A stretch of 62,809 bases of DNA, filler included, from Clostridia bacterium (GTDB lineage: Bacteria; CBDUZB01; JAGLHV01): the NCBI GenBank assembly GCA_030637025.1. It is 7 parts of 7 records of this genome, joined end to end, with 100 filler letters (N's around TTAATTAATTAA, not from the genome) between each part and the next. Parts side by side here need not be neighbours in the genome. Positions count along the whole stretch, not along the records: positions 52,678 to 55,575 come from DAOVVV010000073.1; positions 55,676 to 60,089 come from DAOVVV010000069.1; positions 60,190 to 62,809 come from DAOVVV010000074.1; 4 more parts are not named here. One strand, given 5' to 3'. Position 1 is the first letter of the stretch; each line of letters opens with the position of its first letter. The notes below the pieces were generated by a model. The model saw only the letters and a program-made list of their open reading frames with translations, was not told where the DNA came from and made no database searches. Made by a program: the position numbers and the translations under genes. This document shows positions 52,678 to 61,624 of the stretch, piece by piece.

Positions 52678-52794
52678 AAGCGTTAAAAAAATAAGCCTGT
52701 CTGAGCAAAGCGAGTTGCTTATTTTTAGCTTGTTTTTGCGTGCCCGAAGGGTAAAATTATGCGTCCAGAGAGAAACATATTTTGCCTTTATTTT
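52678..52794 (+). repeat. 168-bp hairpin element, copy C (cut by the contig start)
   Basis: Matches the 3' two-thirds of copy A. Confidence 0.9.
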
Positions 52795-53017
52795 CCTCGT
52801 TCTACCTCCTGTCTCATAAATACTTTGTCACAAATAGTCGCGTCACACATTGTCATAAACGCAAACAAATTCAAACTCCCAACTTCAAAATCCCAAATAT
52901 GTTTGCTCAATTAATTGAGCAATTACAAACAAACTTAAACTAATGCTCCCAATATAACCATCTTTGTCTTTTAACTTTGTGCCTCTGTGCCTTGATGCCT
53001 TTGTGCCTGCCTTTTAT

Positions 53018-54748
53018 CTATTTCGCCACCACAACCGTCCCGTTAAATACTTTACCACCCACTTTAATCTGATATATATATACCTTTCCACTTACAACAC
53101 ACCCACTATTATCCCGGCCATCCCAGGTTAAAGATGTAGTACTACTTGATGGTAAGTTATTCCTCACCACACTGCCCGACAAATCAAATATCATTCCCTC
53201 AACTGTTTCATTATCAGGATTGGTAAAAATAAAATTAGCTACATCATTTATTCCGTCTCCATTAGGACTAATTATCTTTGGGGTTACTTCAACAAAATGA
53301 GTATCTTCTTCCTCCTGATAACCTATGTTTTCCCTGATTTGAAAACCTCCGGCTAACATTCCATTTGCTTCATCAATATTAGTTACCGTAATATTACTGG
53401 TTCCGGAAAAAGCATTATTATCAATGGTAATATTGGCTCGCAATTGAGTCGCGCTAATAAAATCAATGGAATTTATGGTTATTCCTGTTCCATTAAATAC
53501 AATATCAGCCTCGTTATAAAAATTTATACCATTGATATCAATATCCAATGTTTCCCCGGGTTGTGCAAAAGAAGGAGAAAGAGAAAATATTTGAGGAAAA
53601 CCAAGATATTTTATGGTGTACCAATCATAACTTGCTCCATTCCAACTATATCCGGCAACAAAAATATTATTATTACCATCTGTCGTCACTCCCCAAACCA
53701 CATCAGCGTTACCCCCATCATAGACTGCCGAAGAAATAACAACTAAATTACTATCATATTTTATGGTAAAATAATCCAGATTTGCTCCATTCTCACTGTA
53801 TCCTGTAACAATAATATTATTATTACCATCTACCGTCACTCCATAGGCCCAATCATCATTCCCTCCATTATAAGATGCCGAAGAAATAACCACTAAATTA
53901 CTATCATATTTTATGGTTAAATAATCTTCAATTGCTCCAATTGCAGTTCTTCCGCTAACAATAATATTATTATTCTCATCTGTTATAACTCCATACGCCA
54001 CATCATGACCACCTCCATCATAGACTGCCGAAGTAATAACCGCTAAATTACTATCATATTTTATGGTTAAATAATCATAATATGCCCCACTCCGCCTACC
54101 TCCAGTAACAATAATATCATCATTCCTATCCGTAGCTACTCCATGTGCCCAATCATAATCCCCTCCATCATAGACTGCCGAAGAAATAAGCACTAAATTG
54201 CTATCATATTTTATGGTTAAATAATCCCAATTTCCTCCAATCCAACTTGTTCCGGTAACAATAATATTATTATTGGCATCCACCACCACTCTAAATGAAT
54301 TATCAGTACTACTACCTCCATCATAGCTTGCCGAAGCAATAAACACTAAATTACTATCATATTTTATGGTTAAATAATCATCATGTACTCCATTCCAACT
54401 TTGTCCAAAAACAAAAATATTATTATTATCATCTATCACCACTCCACACGCATCCTCATTACTACCTCCATCATACACTGCCGAAGAAATAACCACTAAA
54501 TTACTATCATATTTTATGATTAAATAATCATCATTTGCTCCAATATAACTACCTCCAGCAACAAAAATATTATTATTACCATCTGTCGTCACTCCACACG
54601 CCCAATCATTATACCCTCCATCATAGGTTGCCGAAGAAAGAGAAATCAATGTCCCCGCCCAAGCTTTAATATTAAAAGTAAACATAAACCCGATATAAAT
54701 CAAAAAAAATAATCCCACTTTACAAAAATTTAAATATTTTCTTTTCAT
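53018..54748 (-). CDS. Secreted 7-repeat beta-propeller + Ig/IPT-like + CHU_C-type CTD protein, paralog 3
   Basis: Same architecture; ISPNGDGIND, WDGRD, FNGTVVVAK. Confidence 0.9.
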   Translation of the reverse strand: MKRKYLNFCKVGLFFLIYIGFMFTFNIKAWAGTLISLSSATYDGGYNDWACGVTTDGNNNIFVAGGSYIGANDDYLIIKYDSNLVVISSAVYDGGSNEDACGVVIDDNNNIFVFGQSWNGVHDDYLTIKYDSNLVFIASASYDGGSSTDNSFRVVVDANNNIIVTGTSWIGGNWDYLTIKYDSNLVLISSAVYDGGDYDWAHGVATDRNDDIIVTGGRRSGAYYDYLTIKYDSNLAVITSAVYDGGGHDVAYGVITDENNNIIVSGRTAIGAIEDYLTIKYDSNLVVISSASYNGGNDDWAYGVTVDGNNNIIVTGYSENGANLDYFTIKYDSNLVVISSAVYDGGNADVVWGVTTDGNNNIFVAGYSWNGASYDWYTIKYLGFPQIFSLSPSFAQPGETLDIDINGINFYNEADIVFNGTGITINSIDFISATQLRANITIDNNAFSGTSNITVTNIDEANGMLAGGFQIRENIGYQEEEDTHFVEVTPKIISPNGDGINDVANFIFTNPDNETVEGMIFDLSGSVVRNNLPSSSTTSLTWDGRDNSGCVVSGKVYIYQIKVGGKVFNGTVVVAK

Positions 54749-54839
54749 TTAGAATAATTCCCCTGACTGTTTTATTTTTATCCTGCCTTATCTTTCTAAC
54801 CATAATAAAAAAATCAGAAAAAACAAAGACAAAACATAC

Positions 54840-54884
54840 TGGGTAAAATTATGAGTTTAGAGATAAATATATTTTGCTTTTATT
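54840..54884 (+). repeat. Degenerate right-arm remnant of the 168-bp element
   Basis: GGGTAAAATTATGAGTTTAGAGATAAATATATTTTGCTTTTATT. Confidence 0.65.
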
Positions 54885-54898
54885 AAACAAGCCTATTT

Positions 54899-55120
54899 TT
54901 ATACGGATTCTACCGTTTTTATTTCCGGTACATCTTCTTTAATCATTTTCTCCACGGTTTCTTTCATGGTAATCTGAGCCATAGGACAACCATGACATGC
55001 ACCTTTTAATTTTACTTTAACTACCCCTTCATCAGACACATCTACTAATTCAATATCCCCTCCGTCTGCCTGTAACAATCCTCTGATTTTTTCCAGAGAC
55101 TTCTCAATTCTTCCTTTCAT
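54899..55120 (-). CDS. NifU C-terminal (Nfu) Fe-S carrier protein
   Basis: LQADGGDIELV, LKGACHGCP. Confidence 0.93.
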   Translation of the reverse strand: MKGRIEKSLEKIRGLLQADGGDIELVDVSDEGVVKVKLKGACHGCPMAQITMKETVEKMIKEDVPEIKTVESV

Positions 55121-55229
55121 CTTTTACTCCCTCCTTTTTAATTTTTTTAACCAATTTAAACAAATTCAACCAATATAACTAATTCAACTGTCTTTATAAA
55201 CCGTCTTTTCTATTTTAAACTATATTAAA

Positions 55230-55397
55230 AAAATAAAGGCAAAATATGTTTTGAACGATATAGCAAATTTTAGCTAAAATAAGCGTTAAAAAAATAAGCC
55301 TGTTTGAGCAAAGCGAGTTGCTTATTTTTAGCTTGTTTTTGCGTGCCCGAAGGGTAAAATTATGCGTCCAGAGAGAAACATATTTTGCCTTTATTTT
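55230..55397 (+). repeat. 168-bp hairpin element, copy D (perfect 22-bp terminal IR)
   Basis: AAAATAAAGGCAAAATATGTTT...AAACATATTTTGCCTTTATTTT; overlaps the stop codon at 55391-55393. Confidence 0.9.
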
Positions 55398-55575
55398 GCT
55401 AAAACCACTGTCCCGTTAAATACTCTACCACCTATTTTAATCTGATAGATATATACCTTACCACTTACAACACACCCACTATTATCCCTACCATCCCAGA
55501 TTAAAGATGTATTACTACTTGATGGTACGTTATCCCTCCCCACTCTTCCCGATAAATCAAATATCATTCCCTCAA
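55391..55575 (-). CDS. 3' end of a propeller/CHU_C gene (probably paralog 1)
   Basis: Encodes ...WDGRDNSGCVVSGKVYIYQIKIGGRVFNGTVVLAK*; 55416-55575 matches 11191-11350 with about 6 mismatches near the contig end. Confidence 0.8.
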
Positions 55576-55675
55576 NNNNNNNNNNNNNNNNNNNNNNNNN
55601 NNNNNNNNNNNNNNNNNNNTTAATTAATTAANNNNNNNNNNNNNNNNNNNNNNNNNNNNNNNNNNNNNNNNNNNN
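55576..55675. other. Artificial contig linker
   Basis: N44-TTAATTAATTAA-N44. Confidence 0.99.
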
Positions 55676-57112
55676 GGAGATATTAATTGGACGGTGACTT
55701 ATTATGATGCCTTAAGCGGAGGGAGTAATATTACAGCTAATGTAACCGGGGGTGGATGGTCTACCGGGGCGTTAGCCGGTGCAGCAACCCGGGATATTCG
55801 GGTAGAGGTTATTCCCGGAGTTGGTGTAGGCGGTGGTGTTTCCAGAGATATATTAATTACTTCTACTTCACAGGGAGACGCTAATGCCGATGCAGTAAAA
55901 GCTACTACTACGGTAAACAGCGGATATCAAACAGATAGCCAGGTAAAAAACAGTACTGAAGGAACTTATATTGGGGATGATATTTATAATCTTAACGGAG
56001 TAGACCAAACTAAAGAGCAAGCTGTAAACAATACCGAAACAGCAATTTATCATATTCGCATAGAAAACGACGGAAATAGCTCTGATGCCTTTGTGGTTAC
56101 CGGAACCGGAGGAGATGTTAATTGGACGGTGACTTATTATGATGCCTTAAGCGGAGGGAGTAATATTACAGCTAATGTAACCGGGGGTGGATGGTCTACC
56201 GGGGCGTTAGCCGGTGCAGCAACCCGGGACATTCGGGTAGAGGTTATTCCCTGTCCGGCTGTAAGCAGTGGTGTTTTAAAAGAAATGATAATTATTGCCA
56301 CTTCTCAGGCAGATACTAATGTTAGAGACATGGTAAAAGTAGTTGCTGTTTGTGGTACTTTTGTGGATGAAGTTACCTGTTCTTTTACGGATATGGTTCC
56401 TGAATTTATTCCTTTAAATAAAGAAGAAGTATTATTAAAAATATCCCTCAGTGTTGAACACAATGCTGCATGGGATGGTGTAAGATTAAGTAAGATTGGT
56501 ACGATACAGGATATTGATATAGTTGCGGTCAGGGTGTATCAGGATAATGGCAATCAGCAGTTTGACGGAAGTGATATTTTAGTTGGAGAAGGGACATTTG
56601 TTAATGGGATAGTTGACATTGGTCTTGTTCCTCAAAATATTAGTAACGCAATTAAAAGTTATTTTATTACCTGTGAAATAGAAACTAATGCTGAAATAGG
56701 AACAACAATAGGTGTTGAATGTGATCCTAATATGTTTAGTATCGTAGCCCCTGATGGAATGGCTTCTGATTTATATTGTTTTTATACCAGAACAGCAATA
56801 GTAGTAGAAGTCATTATTTCTAAAACAGTTTTGCATCCGAATTATCCTAATCCTTTCAGACCCGGCAAAGATAGAACAACAACTATTCAGTATGATTTAA
56901 GCGAGGATGTGAATAGTATCGAAATAGAAATTTATAGTTTAGCCGGAGAACTGGTAAGGGAATGGTCAGGTAATACACGCAGAGGCAGGCATAGAATTCT
57001 CTGGGATGCGAATAATCAGGGAGGAAAAAGGATATCTTCAGGAATGTATTTTGTTGTAATTAAAGAAAATGGTAAAGTAATGGATAGAAAAAGGATAGTA
57101 GTAATAAAATAA
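55676..57112 (+). CDS. Surface protein, 3' part: 435-bp (145-aa) repeats plus a FlgD/T9SS type A-like C-terminal domain
   Basis: Repeat period 55676 to 56111; NYPNPF...IQYDL...IYSLAGELVR...WDA.N..G..ISSGMYF CTD; overlaps the end of contig 1. Confidence 0.85.
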   Translation, partial: GDINWTVTYYDALSGGSNITANVTGGGWSTGALAGAATRDIRVEVIPGVGVGGGVSRDILITSTSQGDANADAVKATTTVNSGYQTDSQVKNSTEGTYIGDDIYNLNGVDQTKEQAVNNTETAIYHIRIENDGNSSDAFVVTGTGGDVNWTVTYYDALSGGSNITANVTGGGWSTGALAGAATRDIRVEVIPCPAVSSGVLKEMIIIATSQADTNVRDMVKVVAVCGTFVDEVTCSFTDMVPEFIPLNKEEVLLKISLSVEHNAAWDGVRLSKIGTIQDIDIVAVRVYQDNGNQQFDGSDILVGEGTFVNGIVDIGLVPQNISNAIKSYFITCEIETNAEIGTTIGVECDPNMFSIVAPDGMASDLYCFYTRTAIVVEVIISKTVLHPNYPNPFRPGKDRTTTIQYDLSEDVNSIEIEIYSLAGELVREWSGNTRRGRHRILWDANNQGGKRISSGMYFVVIKENGKVMDRKRIVVIK

Positions 57113-57136
57113 TATTAAAAATCGAGGAAAAAATCG

Positions 57137-58126
57137 ATGAATATTTTCAAAGGCAGCTTAATTATTGTAATTTGTTTAATAATTAGTATGGGAATATGTT
57201 TTGGAGCGGATGAAAATGCAGGGACAAGCGGGGCGGATTTTTTAAAGATAGGAGTAGCTGCCCGTCCTGGGGGTATGGGAGAAACTTATACTGCGGTAGC
57301 AGAAGATGTGTATGCACTACATTGGAATCCAGCCGGGTTAGTAAGTGTTAAAGGTAAAGAAATTTTTACTACTTATATTCACTGGTTTGAAGAGACTAAC
57401 TATGGATTAGTCAGTTATGCTCATTCTTTAAATAGGGGTAAAAGTATCGGGTGCAGTATTGTTTTACTTAATTCCGGGGGGATAAAAAAAACCGTAATAG
57501 ATGATAGTTCCTCTCTTGGATATAGGGAAGAGGGTTCTTTTAGTGTGCAGGATATGGCTTTTAGTATAGGTTATGCACAAAGATTACCTGTAGATTTGTT
57601 ATGGTCGATAAAATCTTTAAGCTCCTTGAATTTAGAAAGATTAGATTTAGGGGGAGTATTGAAAATAATTCATCGTAAATTGGATACGGCATATGCTACT
57701 GCTTTTGCTCTGGATTTAGGACTAAAATACAGGATTCCTTTAAATAATTTTCCTTTGACCGATATTGGTGTAGTTCTTCAGAATATGGGTTCATCTATAA
57801 AATTTGATAAGGATGATGATCCCTTACCTTTCATGGTGAAATTAGGAGTAGTTTCTAAAATACGAAAAGGAATCAGACACTTAGTTGCAATAGGGGCAGA
57901 CTTAAATTTTCTTCAAAAAGCTGAAATGAAAATGAATTTAGGATTTGAGTATTGGTATAAGGAGATGTATGCAGGCAGGATGGGATATAAATACAATTAT
58001 GATGCCGAAGGTTTAACTGCGGGTTTAGGGTTTCGTTATGAGAATTATCAAGTAGATTATTCTTTAGGATTAGACCGGATTTTGGGTGATGTACATAGAA
58101 TTTCTTTAGGTTACCGGTTTAAATAA
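57137..58126 (+). CDS. PorV/PorQ-family outer-membrane beta-barrel
   Basis: GTSGADFLKIGVAARPGGMGE, WNPAGL, terminal HRISLGYRF. Confidence 0.85.
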   Translation: MNIFKGSLIIVICLIISMGICFGADENAGTSGADFLKIGVAARPGGMGETYTAVAEDVYALHWNPAGLVSVKGKEIFTTYIHWFEETNYGLVSYAHSLNRGKSIGCSIVLLNSGGIKKTVIDDSSSLGYREEGSFSVQDMAFSIGYAQRLPVDLLWSIKSLSSLNLERLDLGGVLKIIHRKLDTAYATAFALDLGLKYRIPLNNFPLTDIGVVLQNMGSSIKFDKDDDPLPFMVKLGVVSKIRKGIRHLVAIGADLNFLQKAEMKMNLGFEYWYKEMYAGRMGYKYNYDAEGLTAGLGFRYENYQVDYSLGLDRILGDVHRISLGYRFK

Positions 58127-58140
58127 TAAGTAAAAAGTTT

Positions 58141-58168
58141 AATTCCCCGTAAGCTTGCTGCGGGGTAG
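58141..58168. repeat. IS200/IS605-like end hairpin remnant
   Basis: AATTCCCCGTAAGCTTGCTGCGGGGTAG, the reverse-complement relative of the motif at 50803-50820. Confidence 0.5.
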
Positions 58169-58248
58169 TTTATTTATGCTGATAGGAATAGAAATAGAGA
58201 TAAAGGATAATAATTGGGGGCAAAACAGATAAAAAAGGGATAAAAAAA

Positions 58249-59694
58249 ATGAATAATAAAATAATGGGGTGTAGAGTTAAAAAGTCAATAGGGAAGAAAT
58301 TAAAAGTAGTTGTTTTGTTTGTAACTTTTATAAGTGTTAATTATTTATTGTTAGACATTTCCCTTTATGCTGCAGTACCGCAAAGGATAAATTACCAGGG
58401 GAAATTAATGGATAATGCCGGCCAGCCGGTAAGTGACGGGAATTATAGTGTTACTTTTCGTATTTACAATGTATCTGTCGGCGGAGTTGTTTTGTGGAAT
58501 GAGACCCAGACAGCGAGTACGCAGGATGGATTATTCAATGTTATTTTAGGCTCGGTAAGTTCTATTAATTTAAGTTTTAATGAGGATTACTGGTTAGGGG
58601 TAGAGGTAGCAGGTGACGGGGAAATGAGTCCAAGGCATAGATTGGTGACTGTACCGTATAGTTTTCGTGCAGAAGATGCTAATGATTCCGATAGATTAAA
58701 CAGCCAGAGTGCCGGTTATTATCTTGATGCGGGAAATATTAATAGCGGGACTTTAAGTGATAGCCGTCTTTCCGCTAATGTAACTAAATTAGGTTTCAGC
58801 ATAGAAGCAATTGAAATTAGTCCGAATATAGTTTCCAGCATAGAGGGGGTAAGTAATGACGGAGGAAACATTGATTTAATAGCCGGGACGAATATGACTA
58901 TTACTCCGAATGATGCGGCAAATACGATTACTTTTGATGGCGTTGGAGGTGGAGATAATTTGGGCAATCACACAGCCACACAGAATATTCAGTTGAATGG
59001 TAATTATCTTTCCGGTGACGGGGGAAATGAAGGAATTTATGTCAACAATGATGGCAATGTTGGCATTGGGACGACAACCCCGAGTACAAAATTTCATGTT
59101 CAAGGTGGCGATGTTCTTTTTAAAGACCTATCTAATCTATTGCTAAAATTGGAATCAATCGCTCAAGAAGATACCTGGCTTATGTACAGAACCAATGGGA
59201 TTGATAGATGGAGCATTGGCGTGAGAGAATTTAATAATAGTCTCAGATTTACTCCTGGCTATTATACTAATTTTCCTTCTATGGTTATTAATACTTCAGG
59301 TAATGTTGGAATAGGAACAACGAATCCATTATACCCATTGCATATGGGAAATGGGGCATATTGTTCTGCTACTGGGGTATGGACAAATGCTTCGTCAAGA
59401 AAGTATAAGGAAAACATAACGAAATTGACTAAAGAAGAAGCAATTTCTGTATTGAAGCATCTTAATCCGGTGAAGTTTAATTATAAAATAGATAAAGAGG
59501 ATAAATATATTGGATTTATTAGTGAAGATGTTCCGGAACTGGTAGCTACAAAAGATAGAAAAGGATTATGTTCAATGGATATTGTAGGAGTTTTAACCAA
59601 AGCAGTTCAAGAATTACAAATTGAAGTTGAAAAATTAAATCAAAAAAATTTAGAATTGGAAGAGAAAATAAAGCAATTAGAAAGACAAAAATAA
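58249..59694 (+). CDS. Signal-peptide-bearing tail-fibre-like protein with a C-terminal intramolecular chaperone (peptidase S74-like)
   Basis: AVPQRINYQGKL N-domain, GNVGIGTT repeats, SSRKYKENI...GFISEDVPE...LTKAVQEL coiled coil. Confidence 0.85.
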   Translation: MNNKIMGCRVKKSIGKKLKVVVLFVTFISVNYLLLDISLYAAVPQRINYQGKLMDNAGQPVSDGNYSVTFRIYNVSVGGVVLWNETQTASTQDGLFNVILGSVSSINLSFNEDYWLGVEVAGDGEMSPRHRLVTVPYSFRAEDANDSDRLNSQSAGYYLDAGNINSGTLSDSRLSANVTKLGFSIEAIEISPNIVSSIEGVSNDGGNIDLIAGTNMTITPNDAANTITFDGVGGGDNLGNHTATQNIQLNGNYLSGDGGNEGIYVNNDGNVGIGTTTPSTKFHVQGGDVLFKDLSNLLLKLESIAQEDTWLMYRTNGIDRWSIGVREFNNSLRFTPGYYTNFPSMVINTSGNVGIGTTNPLYPLHMGNGAYCSATGVWTNASSRKYKENITKLTKEEAISVLKHLNPVKFNYKIDKEDKYIGFISEDVPELVATKDRKGLCSMDIVGVLTKAVQELQIEVEKLNQKNLELEEKIKQLERQK

Positions 59695-59720
59695 ATTTTA
59701 GAAAAAAAAGGGGAATATTA

Positions 59721-60089
59721 ATGAAAAGAATAAAAGAACCAATTATAAATAAATTGAAGAGTTTAGGCAGAATAAAATTAAAAACAGTTATTTTGCTTTT
59801 AGCCTTTATAAGTGTTGTTTATTTAATGTTGGTTATTTCCCTTTATGCTGCGGTACCGCAAAGGATAAATTACCAGGGGAAATTAATGGATAATGCCGGC
59901 CAGCCGGTAAGTGACGGGATTTATAGTGTTACTTTTCGTATTTACAATGTATCTGTCGGCGGAGTTGTTTTGTGGAATGAAAACCAGACAGCGAGTACAC
60001 AGGATGGATTATTCAATGTTATTTTAGGCTCGGTAAGTTCTATTAATTTAAGTTTTGACCAGGATTACTGGTTAGGGGTAGAAGTGGCC
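59721..60089 (+). CDS. Second tail-fibre-like paralog, 3'-truncated
   Basis: 59835-60088 is nearly identical to 58357-58610 (AVPQRINYQGKL domain). Confidence 0.85.
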
Positions 60090-60189
60090 NNNNNNNNNNN
60101 NNNNNNNNNNNNNNNNNNNNNNNNNNNNNNNNNTTAATTAATTAANNNNNNNNNNNNNNNNNNNNNNNNNNNNNNNNNNNNNNNNNNNN
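60090..60189. other. Artificial contig linker
   Basis: N44-TTAATTAATTAA-N44. Confidence 0.99.
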
Positions 60190-60190
60190 T

Positions 60191-60391
60191 GGATTGAAAG
60201 GGGAGGAAATTCCGCTTGGGGCAAGAATGATTGCCATAGCAGAGACGTTTGATGGTTTGACCTCTCAATGTTCTTTTTGTGTTCCTTTTTCCCGTAAGGA
60301 AGCAATTGATGTTTTAAAGAAAAATGCAGGGGGGCAACTGGATCCTGAATTAGTAGAAAAATTTATTGAAATAGTCGATAAAACTGTTTAA
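60191..60391 (+). CDS. 3' end of an HD-GYP-domain protein (degenerate motifs)
   Basis: GLKGEEIPLGARMIAIAETFDGLTS...AGGQLDPELVEKF. Confidence 0.8.
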   Translation, partial: GLKGEEIPLGARMIAIAETFDGLTSQCSFCVPFSRKEAIDVLKKNAGGQLDPELVEKFIEIVDKTV

Positions 60392-60572
60392 AGACATTTA
60401 TTTTCGTAAAAAAACGTATAAAAACGAAAAGAAAGATTTAATAGGATATAAATAAATATATTATAGCAAAAAATATTCTAAAGAAAATAAAAAATAGAAA
60501 CTCGGAAAATTGTGCAGTTTATAGACGGGAAAATTAGTTAAAAAATAAAAATAAAAAATATAAATTTTTTAC

Positions 60573-60601
60573 TTGACATCATTTTGAAGATTTGCTACTA
60601 T
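60573..60601 (+). promoter_or_regulatory. Sigma70 promoter of the PEP-CTERM locus
   Basis: TTGACA-17 nt-TACTAT with extended TG. Confidence 0.7.
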
Positions 60602-60829
60602 AAACCCGTAAGGATGAAGAATAAAAACATCTGAAGGAAGTGCCTTCCGAATTTTTGAATGTATCATTTTGTTTGTAAGAAGGAAGAAGATAATATCAAA
60701 GAGATTTAATTCCAAAAACAAAACATAAAGCATAAAATTCAACAATGAATGAAAGATAGATGTTTGTCAATTGTTGATAAATGTTTATGAAAGAAGTTTA
60801 TCTTGAGCAAAGAAAGGGGGTGAAAATAA

Positions 60830-61492
60830 ATGAAAAAAATAACTGCAGTTTTGTTGGCAACTCTTTTGGGAATGTTGATGGTAGTTGGGGGTGCTTCCGC
60901 GAGTTTGATTGGTCTTGATCTGGGTTTCCCTGATATACTCTCCAATACTTCCGGAGACTATTATTATGACTCAGGTTCACAACTTTTTACAACAGACGCA
61001 GAGGCCTTGCACATTACTTTTGACGGAATGAATTTGATTGATATTGATGACGGAACAAGACATGTCGCAAGCTATGCAGCAGCGTTTTATGTAGATAACT
61101 CCGGAAATTTTGTAAGTGGAGTAGCTGGTAACGACCTGGAGATTTATGGGAAATTTACCTACGGTAGTACTACTTATGACGGGCTCTTATTATCAGGAGA
61201 GGTTACTAATTTTGGATGGCAGAATCTTGTAGGTAAATATGCAATGTTTGACTTTACCTTTAATTTCACTGCTGGATTGTTAAGCGATTTCTATCCTGAT
61301 GGTGTCTTTGGTGGGGATGTTTTTTTAGCTGAAAATAGTACTTTTGCAGACAATTGGTGTATAGATCATTCCTCTGTTTACGGGGTGAAACATGATACTG
61401 CTCCTGTGATTCCCGAGCCGGCAAGTATGATGTTGTTTGGGACAGGTCTGGTTGGTTTGGTTGGTTTTGGTAAGAGAAAGTTTTTTAGTTAA
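60830..61492 (+). CDS. PEP-CTERM sorting-domain protein
   Basis: Signal peptide (ASA); C-terminal IPEPASMMLFGTGLVGLVGFGKRKFFS. Confidence 0.93.
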   Translation: MKKITAVLLATLLGMLMVVGGASASLIGLDLGFPDILSNTSGDYYYDSGSQLFTTDAEALHITFDGMNLIDIDDGTRHVASYAAAFYVDNSGNFVSGVAGNDLEIYGKFTYGSTTYDGLLLSGEVTNFGWQNLVGKYAMFDFTFNFTAGLLSDFYPDGVFGGDVFLAENSTFADNWCIDHSSVYGVKHDTAPVIPEPASMMLFGTGLVGLVGFGKRKFFS

Positions 61493-61624
61493 TAGCAACT
61501 AGGTTTGTTCTTTTATTTTATTAATTGGGGTGGGGTTGGATTTAAAGATTTACATCCGGCCCTGCCTCTGATAAGGTAAAAGTTTTAAAAAAGAAGTAAA
61601 AAATAATTAAAGGAAGTGATTAAA

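Noticed and set aside
58249-60089. Prophage suggested by tail-fibre/S74 proteins
   Set aside because: The proteins carry signal peptides and there are no capsid, terminase or integrase genes nearby.
60763-60781. Imperfect palindrome TTTGTCAATTGTTGATAAA upstream of the PEP-CTERM gene
   Set aside because: Single AT-rich instance that I cannot assign to a regulator; it may be chance.
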